Origin: a virus
Lineage: Duplodnaviria; Caudoviricetes
Direction: 5' to 3' (one strand)
Length of the DNA stretch: 25,238 bases
Virus record (IMG/VR): IMGVR_UViG_3300017766_001548
Location: 1 to 25,238 of that record
The notes beneath the pieces were generated by a model that was not told where the DNA came from, did not search any database, and was given only the letters and a program-made list of their open reading frames with translations. Below, in pieces: positions 9,599 through 15,792 of the stretch (position 1 is the stretch's first letter; each line of letters opens with the position of its first letter). The translations under genes were made by a program, and so were the position numbers.

Positions 9599-10199
9599 CT
9601 TGATTTACTTTACCTATACAATCTGAATATTTTAGCCTTATTACCTTAGTCATCTTTCCACCAATATTATGAGGAATCTCATAGTCAGAATATTTATATA
9701 CTACTGCAATATCTCCGACTTCATAATCAGTTATTGAATCAGGCTTATTTATGATTCTCATCATCACATCATTCTTCTTTTTTTCTGTAAGTATTATACC
9801 ACCAGGAGTTACATCATCTTCTTCAAATATTCTTTCTACAATCATATACCCATCAAGGCATATTATTTCTTCTCCATTGATACCGAAATAGACTGTATCT
9901 TCATCAATGGCGTGAATTGAGGTAGATGGGTTAGGTTGGATGTCCAATTGATTTTCTGGCTGTATAGTATTGTGGTGAATGAGTACACGTGTTCCTGCTT
10001 TAAGGTTTTTAAAATCTGTTAATAGTGTTGCTTGTGTAGGTTGAGATACCCTACCATCCCAAGAGTGCGATGTGTCTACATACAGCTCAATGTCTTCTCC
10101 ATTAGGCCCTTTGATAATGTGTGAGTTCTTCTCTCCACTTTTTAAAGCAACAATAACACGTTTGCCGACAGGCCTTATTGTATTGTATAAGTGCTCCAT
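9591..10199 (-). CDS. GroES-like co-chaperonin with two GroES-like units, 202 aa
   Basis: IRPVGKRVIV N-terminus; second unit has TPGGIIL mobile loop, VGDIAV and SDCIG. Confidence 0.7.
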   Translation of the reverse strand: MEHLYNTIRPVGKRVIVALKSGEKNSHIIKGPNGEDIELYVDTSHSWDGRVSQPTQATLLTDFKNLKAGTRVLIHHNTIQPENQLDIQPNPSTSIHAIDEDTVYFGINGEEIICLDGYMIVERIFEEDDVTPGGIILTEKKKNDVMMRIINKPDSITDYEVGDIAVVYKYSDYEIPHNIGGKMTKVIRLKYSDCIGKVNQDV

Positions 10200-10246
10200 G
10201 TTTAAATGATTGGTTTTTGACGGCTATAGTCGCCGTTAAAACAAAG

Positions 10247-10552
10247 TTACTTAAATCTTTCTCCTTTACCAGAACTTTTTCCAGAACGGTATACTTGAGA
10301 ACCTCTGCTCCATAGATAGTGATAGGCCCACCATCCTGCAGATAGTTTTGATGCGTTTGCAGACTTAGCGTGTCTACTTCTATAGTTTTTTCTTGCTTCC
10401 GGAGAATAGTTAGATGAATATCCTTTTGCACCAAATCTTACAATTTTAACCTTGTCTCCTTCCTTAGCAAGTACAACCTTCTTGTGTACGCCATCATTAG
10501 CGTCTTTAGGTTTATTGTATCCTGAGAATTTTTCACCCCTATATTCTATCAT
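10247..10552 (-). CDS. Small basic conserved viral protein (DUF5754-like), 101 aa
   Basis: IVRFGAKGY...RKNYRSRH...SAGWWAYHYLW motifs. Confidence 0.6.
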   Translation of the reverse strand: MIEYRGEKFSGYNKPKDANDGVHKKVVLAKEGDKVKIVRFGAKGYSSNYSPEARKNYRSRHAKSANASKLSAGWWAYHYLWSRGSQVYRSGKSSGKGERFK

Positions 10553-10562
10553 AAAATATAAT

Positions 10563-11390
10563 TTACCAAGGAATTAATTTCCCTGTTTTTTTATCAAAAT
10601 ATATTCTTCCATATAAATTAGCAGGTGTTGCTGTAGCATTTACAACATCAGTAGCTACTTTCTTACCAAGATTAATTACCTTATTTTTTATTTTTTCTCC
10701 AATAGGGTCTTCATCTTTATAAGCACCTTCTTGAGGATTCAAATCCCATAAGTCAGAATATGATAAATATAAACCTTTATCATCTTCATTTATGCCATAT
10801 GTGGCAGCTGCAAGACCAGGTACAATTGCTGTATACCCTCCTGTCTTTGACCTTCCATAGCTTTTTTCTTTTACGGCATTTTCTAAGTCTTTTACACTTT
10901 TAATGTTTTTGCCAGATAATCCAAGCTCTTTTATTATTTCATTTTCTATACCTCTCGACCTATAGTACTTACTTCCTTTTTTACCTCCTATTGTTGGTGC
11001 ATAAGGAGAATCAGATATAGTATTATATTTTTGCTTTTTACCTGCTAGCATCTGCAACAAATCAGTTCTTTCTTTATAAGTAGGACCAGGTATTTGACCA
11101 GAACCCGTTTTTATATATTTATCAGTTTCTTCTCTAGACGCCTCTTTTTTATTTAAAACAACAGCGTCTATAAACCTGTCTACTGCACTTTTATTAGGAC
11201 CGGCATTGTAGTCGAATGGGTCAAGGTTTTCTGACATTCTATCTAATGCAAATCTGCTTGCTTCATTAACTAAAGCTTTTCCAGCTTCTTTTGCACCTAA
11301 AACAGGTCCTACTATAGGTATTGAGAATTTACCTAAAATTTTCGCTAATGTTGAAGCTGGAGGTTTTCTATCTTTTTTACTTAGTGACAT
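10563..11390 (-). CDS. Hypothetical late protein, possibly internal virion protein, 275 aa
   Basis: Long ORF coupled to neighbours; YLSYSDLWDLNP...LYGRIY segment; no function recognised. Confidence 0.45.
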   Translation of the reverse strand: MSLSKKDRKPPASTLAKILGKFSIPIVGPVLGAKEAGKALVNEASRFALDRMSENLDPFDYNAGPNKSAVDRFIDAVVLNKKEASREETDKYIKTGSGQIPGPTYKERTDLLQMLAGKKQKYNTISDSPYAPTIGGKKGSKYYRSRGIENEIIKELGLSGKNIKSVKDLENAVKEKSYGRSKTGGYTAIVPGLAAATYGINEDDKGLYLSYSDLWDLNPQEGAYKDEDPIGEKIKNKVINLGKKVATDVVNATATPANLYGRIYFDKKTGKLIPW

Positions 11391-11391
11391 A

Positions 11392-11778
11392 TCACCTAAA
11401 CCTTTTTACTTTTTGTGCTACTTTTTTTGGCTGCGCTACGAACTGCTTTCCCTGTTGGTTTCCCTTTGCCTTTGCTTGGTTTGTCTGCTGCTTTTCGCTT
11501 TCGCTTAGGCTTTTCCAAGCTTTCTTCGGCAAATATCGGAGTTTCCCATTGGAAGGCTTCCCAGATGAGGTCGTCCATTTCTGCTTCGTCCATTTCGCAA
11601 GTGCATTGTTTGCACTCTTTGCACCCGAATAGCCCCCTCCAGATTTTTTGTATAAGCCCACCGCTAGTTGAGCTTTTCTGGCAGACCACTCCCCTGCATC
11701 TCCACCTTTCGTTCCAGCTTTTACATTTGCAACTATTCGTTTCCATAATTCTGGTTTAGTTTTTTTTGCAGTACTCAT
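11392..11778 (-). CDS. DUF5872-like basic protein, 128 aa
   Basis: KPELWKRI...KAGTKGG..GEWSARKAQL...YKKSGGGY...W..QKWTT...RYLPKKAW...GKQFV. Confidence 0.75.
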   Translation of the reverse strand: MSTAKKTKPELWKRIVANVKAGTKGGDAGEWSARKAQLAVGLYKKSGGGYSGAKSANNALAKWTKQKWTTSSGKPSNGKLRYLPKKAWKSLSESEKQQTNQAKAKGNQQGKQFVAQPKKVAQKVKRFR

Positions 11779-11897
11779 CTTCCACGATATTTACGGTCTT
11801 TTCTATCGTGTTTATTAAATGACTTTTGGGCAGCACCTTTTTTTCGTTTGCCGAATGTTACTTTAATCTTATCACTACCGCCCTTAGCTTTTGCCAT
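11775..11897 (-). CDS. 40-aa highly basic peptide (not in ORF track)
   Basis: MAKAKGGSDKIKVTFGKRKKGAAQKSFNKHDRKDRKYRGR*; fills the gap exactly; ATGA overlap with the next gene. Confidence 0.75.
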   Translation of the reverse strand: MAKAKGGSDKIKVTFGKRKKGAAQKSFNKHDRKDRKYRGR

Positions 11898-11899
11898 AT

Positions 11900-12256
11900 T
11901 TATTTCTTTTTACCTCTTTTTTCTCCTTCAAATCTTCCTTCTGCAAATCTCATATTTTCACCAAAACCTAGCTTATAAGGATATAAAACTTTAACTGGAT
12001 TTCCTTGCTTATCTTTTAGTTGTATTTTCCCTTTTTTAGCATTAGATATACCTTCTTGATAACCACGTTTATAGTCTGCGGTATCTTTTGAGGTAAGCTT
12101 TTCTTTAGCTTTAGGCCAAGCATTTAAAAGTTGAGATTTATTAAACTCAGAATAATTAGGACCTACATTAGGGTCCTTAACCATTTTAGAAACTTTTGTA
12201 TTATCTGCTACTGCTTTTTTCTTTAATATACCTAAAGGTCTTTTTGGCTTTTCCAT
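11900..12256 (-). CDS. Lysine-rich hypothetical protein, 118 aa
   Basis: Tightly packed ORF in the minus-strand run. Confidence 0.65.
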   Translation of the reverse strand: MEKPKRPLGILKKKAVADNTKVSKMVKDPNVGPNYSEFNKSQLLNAWPKAKEKLTSKDTADYKRGYQEGISNAKKGKIQLKDKQGNPVKVLYPYKLGFGENMRFAEGRFEGEKRGKKK

Positions 12257-12262
12257 AGTTAT

Positions 12263-12724
12263 TTATTTTGGTAGTCCTAGATTGTTTTTAAATCTTTCTG
12301 CGTTAAGAAAAGGTTCCGAAGATTTTTGCCCTTTTTGCTTAGCTATTCTATCAAGTTGTTTTTTAGATAAACGAGCTGCAGGGTTGTCTATATTTTCATT
12401 TTGACCAACATACTTCGTACCACTTTTTTCTGTAGTTCTCCATCTTGTACCCTTCTTACCCTCTCCTCCACCAAATCCAGCTGGAGCTATATCTCCTGGA
12501 AAATCTCCTTCATATGAATCATTTCTACGGCCTCCACCAGATGCAACAGCTTCTTCATCACTTTCAAACTTGATTCTACCTTTTGGTGGCTTATACTCTT
12601 CTGTTTTATTTCTTCTTTTGCTACTACCAAAAGCACCTCTAGAATTCGAAGACCATTCACAACTTCCTTTTCTTTTGTCTCTGCTACATATAGCACCAGA
12701 CATTTTTTTCAAATCAAGTTTCAT
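12263..12724 (-). CDS. K/G-rich, probably disordered hypothetical protein, 153 aa
   Basis: Tightly packed ORF, 6-nt gaps on both sides. Confidence 0.65.
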   Translation of the reverse strand: MKLDLKKMSGAICSRDKRKGSCEWSSNSRGAFGSSKRRNKTEEYKPPKGRIKFESDEEAVASGGGRRNDSYEGDFPGDIAPAGFGGGEGKKGTRWRTTEKSGTKYVGQNENIDNPAARLSKKQLDRIAKQKGQKSSEPFLNAERFKNNLGLPK

Positions 12725-12730
12725 GACTAT

Positions 12731-13084
12731 TTATTTTTTAGACTTTTTAGCTAATGTATTTTTCATATGTTGCAATGACTTAGCAAACTCATCTCTATGT
12801 TTTTTCATATCAGACTCTTTATAAAGACCACCCATTTCTCCACGAACATATCCTTTAGGAGCTTTCTGCTCATACTTTTCAATTAGGCCTTGTTTTGGCT
12901 TTGCTGACTTGTTAACCACAGTTACAGGTTTTTTCTGAACTGGTTTCTTTGGCTGACTTTTTTGTACAGGTTTCTGTTGCATTTTTCTTTTTTTTATTTG
13001 TGAGCCCATTCCTTTTAATATACCTTGCTCTTGTAAGAAAGCTCTATTAATAGGAGTAATATTTATATTACTGGGTTGTTCCAT
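12731..13084 (-). CDS. K/Q-rich hypothetical protein with KPVQK repeats, 117 aa
   Basis: First gene after the -7 box at 13091; QKPVQK..KKPVQKKPV. Confidence 0.65.
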   Translation of the reverse strand: MEQPSNINITPINRAFLQEQGILKGMGSQIKKRKMQQKPVQKSQPKKPVQKKPVTVVNKSAKPKQGLIEKYEQKAPKGYVRGEMGGLYKESDMKKHRDEFAKSLQHMKNTLAKKSKK

Positions 13085-13090
13085 TTGTTA

Positions 13091-13098
13091 CAAAAATA
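13091..13098 (-). promoter_or_regulatory. Bacteroidota -7 box TATTTTTG
   Basis: TAnnTTTG 6 nt upstream of ATG 13084. Confidence 0.6.
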
Positions 13099-13104
13099 AG
13101 AAAC

Positions 13105-13719
13105 TTATGAATATAGTTTGACAATCATATCATGTATGGTATCAGGAACCTTATCATACTTCTTTAACATTCTTGGTGGACATAGAGATACCAAACTCTT
13201 ATTGTCGTATATACCACTTGGAAACTTCCTTAGCACAGGCATCATTCTGTAACTATATAAGTATAGGTTAGCCTTTCTCTTATATTCAGATTTATTGATT
13301 GGCAGCTTCCATTTGGCTATGTTATTTAAGGCTCTCACCTCACAGTCTCTTTCTAGGTCAATCATTCCATCTATGATTACTTTGAGTTGGCTATTATTCA
13401 TAATCTTCTCCTTATCTAACCAAGACCAAAGTTCTGCACAACAATAAGTCCAATGTTCCCATCTTTCATCATCTAGCCATTGTTGTAAGTGAGAAAACTC
13501 ATGTATGAGAATTTCTATCCATTCCTCAAATGGCTTACCGCATCCTACTACTAACACTCTATCATCTCCATTAAAATATCCAGAGCAGTCAGCAGAAAAG
13601 CTATCTGTAAGTACAACAGTTCTAGATGGAGCTAACATCAATTCTACTTTATGTATCTTACACATCCTCTTAACGTAAGCAACAAACGGCTTAAACTCCT
13701 GCGGTATTTCGTACTTCAT
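13105..13719 (-). CDS. Zincin-like (HExxH) metallopeptidase-fold protein, 204 aa
   Basis: ILIHEFSHLQQW and a downstream ERDCE third-ligand helix. Confidence 0.65.
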   Translation of the reverse strand: MKYEIPQEFKPFVAYVKRMCKIHKVELMLAPSRTVVLTDSFSADCSGYFNGDDRVLVVGCGKPFEEWIEILIHEFSHLQQWLDDERWEHWTYCCAELWSWLDKEKIMNNSQLKVIIDGMIDLERDCEVRALNNIAKWKLPINKSEYKRKANLYLYSYRMMPVLRKFPSGIYDNKSLVSLCPPRMLKKYDKVPDTIHDMIVKLYS

Positions 13720-13723
13720 GCCA

Positions 13724-13731
13724 CAAAAATA
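13724..13731 (-). promoter_or_regulatory. Bacteroidota -7 box TATTTTTG
   Basis: TAnnTTTG 4 nt upstream of ATG 13719. Confidence 0.65.
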
Positions 13732-13749
13732 CCCAAATAAAATACCTAT

Positions 13750-14208
13750 TTATTTGTAAATCCGCAAACGATTACCGTTAAAGAATATATTAGGGTCAAA
13801 CCAGTATTCAATACTTGAACCTAGCTTCTTAGATATAAACTTCCTATCTAATAGCTCATATATACAGTTATATACCGTGCTAGTTGCTAAATTGCAAGTT
13901 AACGCTATGTCAGGTATGTTAAGTATAACAATCTCTTGCAATGGTCTTACCGTAAGCATAGCATACATCATAATCTTCATAGAGGGCCCAGATAGGCTCA
14001 TTAGTGGTATAATGTTATCATGGAACAGCTTAGTATACACAAGTTCATCATGCAACATTTTCTTATCTTTGGAAACCTTACGCATGGTGTAGTATTCACC
14101 TGTCTCAGGGTCCATAGTTAAAGTCTCACCTTCCTTGGTCATAAATGACCTTTCTTCTATCCCTACAATCTTGTAAGGGCTATTTAAATATTCTTCGTAT
14201 TTCTTCAT
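13750..14208 (-). CDS. RepL-like winged-HTH replication/maintenance protein, 152 aa
   Basis: YTKLF..., HTH DIALTCNLATSTVYNCIYELL, C-terminal YWFDPNIFFNGNR; start moved to ATG 14208 downstream of the promoter box. Confidence 0.7.
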   Translation of the reverse strand: MKKYEEYLNSPYKIVGIEERSFMTKEGETLTMDPETGEYYTMRKVSKDKKMLHDELVYTKLFHDNIIPLMSLSGPSMKIMMYAMLTVRPLQEIVILNIPDIALTCNLATSTVYNCIYELLDRKFISKKLGSSIEYWFDPNIFFNGNRLRIYK

Positions 14209-14212
14209 AGCC

Positions 14213-14220
14213 CAAATATA
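14213..14220 (-). promoter_or_regulatory. Bacteroidota -7 box TATATTTG
   Basis: TAnnTTTG 4 nt upstream of ATG 14208. Confidence 0.65.
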
Positions 14221-14335
14221 CCTCAATTTCTACCATATTGTAAAATTTATCGTTGTATAAATAATACACATATTGATTATCAGTTAGTTGTGGAGTTTCC
14301 TTCTTATAATTATTATGAATAGCTTACGAAGTTAA

Positions 14336-14760
14336 AAGTAAACTTATAGATTAACTTTTATACAAATAAAGTAAACCTATAAGCTGACATACGCCTCAGA
14401 GCTGTTATAGATATTCATGTCCTAATACCGGCAAACCGATGCTGAAAATAGTGAGGGTTAATATTTCAGAATGATGTAAAAAAGTGAGATATGTGACTGC
14501 GTAAGTGGTGGTGTAAATTTAGTGAGAAATGTGATGTCGTAAGGGACCCATCCCCGCCGGAACCCAAACTCCGACGCAGAGAAACCCACTTCCCTAAACC
14601 GAGTACCCCACTTAGTTGCATAACTAACTATTGCATATGCAATAATTGCATAAACAATAATTGTTGCGGCAATTTATTAAGATTTATTTGCATATGACAA
14701 AACCTATACTTCACCCCCACAATATAGAAAATATCTATATTACCCCCCACTATGGAAAAC
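14336..14760. repeat. Cluster of short direct and inverted repeats at the strand switch (candidate origin or genome terminus)
   Basis: AAAGTAAACyTATA x2; TGTAAA..AGTGAGAwATGTGA....CGTAAG x2; TTGCATA x4; perfect palindrome TATTGCATATGCAATA; C-tract CCCCCAC..TAT.GAAAA x2. Confidence 0.6.
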
Positions 14761-14810
14761 TAAATTATTTAGTATTAATTACTAAATTTTTTGTCATGCT
14801 TAAACTGGCT

Positions 14811-14992
14811 ATATTAAAATTTTTTATAATATGTGAATGAATTCTTAAAACTAGAAATAATTACAAAATATATTTTTTTATGTCAATATCTTTTTTTAGC
14901 TTTGAATTCAAATTAGTTCTTTACTTATTCAATTCGTAGCTATTGCACTATTTAGATAGTGTATTGACATATTAAAATTTTTTATAATATGT
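14811..14992. repeat. Exact 24-bp direct repeat ATATTAAAATTTTTTATAATATGT (14811-14834, 14969-14992)
   Basis: Read directly; each copy is an imperfect inverted repeat. Confidence 0.85.
14897..14904 (+). promoter_or_regulatory. Candidate early promoter -7 box TAGCTTTG
   Basis: TAnnTTTG in AT-rich DNA upstream of the first plus-strand gene; no clear -33 TTTG. Confidence 0.55.
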
Positions 14993-15072
14993 TTAACTGG
15001 TATTAGCTATGGCTTTCATAAGGGTATATTTTACCCTTTGCAATTTTTTTGCACGTTTGAAAGCCCTTTCAA

Positions 15073-15086
15073 TCTTTGACATATTG
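15073..15086 (+). promoter_or_regulatory. boxA-like antitermination element TCTTTGACATATTG
   Basis: Resembles rrn boxA (E. coli TGCTCTTTAACA; Bacteroidota-type GTTCwTTGACATATTG as recalled); directly after a TTGAAAG/CTTTCAA hairpin. Confidence 0.5.
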
Positions 15087-15134
15087 CCCAAAATTTCTTT
15101 TTTATATTCACTAATCATTTAAAATTTAAACAAA

Positions 15135-15611
15135 ATGAAACAAGCAAACGCAACAAAAAAGACAAAGGAAACCGCAAAAGCTACAAACGTAGTAACTACA
15201 AAAGCGGTAGTTAAGCAAGAAAAACAAATTGTAAAAACTACAAAGTTTTCGCATCTTGCTACGAATGTAACCGGAAAGGAATTTCAAGAAACAAAACGCA
15301 AAGCCAATAAGGAATTTAAGAAGTACATTGGCGGTTATTTAAAATGCTTAAATTATGCGGTTAAATTTCTTGAAGAAGAAAACGCTTTCCAAAAATTACA
15401 ATTCGTTTCAGCGTCAGACTTCGGAAAAACTGAAACCGGAAAACTTCCGATTGACTTAATCCAATTCCTAACCGAAAATGAAAAAACAAGGGTATATAAT
15501 GCTGATAAAACTTTATACCCTAATGGCAAGTTTTCAGTTTGGTTGCTTATGAACTTAATTGAAAGATACGCAAAGCATCAAGCAACAAAGCAAATCATCA
15601 TCAAAAAATAG
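15135..15611 (+). CDS. First early gene, basic hypothetical protein, 158 aa
   Basis: A-rich start context TTTAAACAAAATG; K/T/A-rich N-terminal tail; followed by a terminator. Confidence 0.8.
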   Translation: MKQANATKKTKETAKATNVVTTKAVVKQEKQIVKTTKFSHLATNVTGKEFQETKRKANKEFKKYIGGYLKCLNYAVKFLEEENAFQKLQFVSASDFGKTETGKLPIDLIQFLTENEKTRVYNADKTLYPNGKFSVWLLMNLIERYAKHQATKQIIIKK

Positions 15612-15636
15612 GCAAGTGCCATAAGTTACAATAACT

Positions 15637-15663
15637 TAGGGGGGTGCAATACCCCCTATTTTT
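15637..15663 (+). terminator. Intrinsic terminator
   Basis: TAGGGGGGT-GCAAT-ACCCCCTA followed by TTTTT. Confidence 0.75.
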
Positions 15664-15775
15664 ACAATTTTTTTTTAACCTACGAAAGGGCAAAATATGG
15701 TATCGTAGGAGTGGGGGGTGCGCTCATCTTTTGGGTGCGACTGTCATCTTTTGACAATTATTACTTCCTACCCAT

Positions 15776-15792
15776 AGTTCATTGACATATTG
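15776..15792 (+). promoter_or_regulatory. boxA-like element AGTTCATTGACATATTG
   Basis: Best match in the window to Bacteroidota rrn boxA as recalled; abuts the structured RNA. Confidence 0.6.

Noticed and set aside
10102-12824. Alternative-frame and antisense ORFs over the basic-protein cluster (10102..10434, 11321..11632, 11396..11746, 11415..11759, 12487..12696, 12570..12824)
   Set aside because: Overlap better-supported ORFs that have recognisable motifs and tight translational coupling
14964-14988. TTGACA...TATAAT sigma70-like promoter
   Set aside because: Spacer is only 13 nt, and the host uses TTTG/TAnnTTTG promoters; better explained by the boxA-like motif and the 24-bp repeat
14336-14992. 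CRISPR mini-array
   Set aside because: Repeats come in unrelated pairs with irregular or too-long spacing; no cas genes
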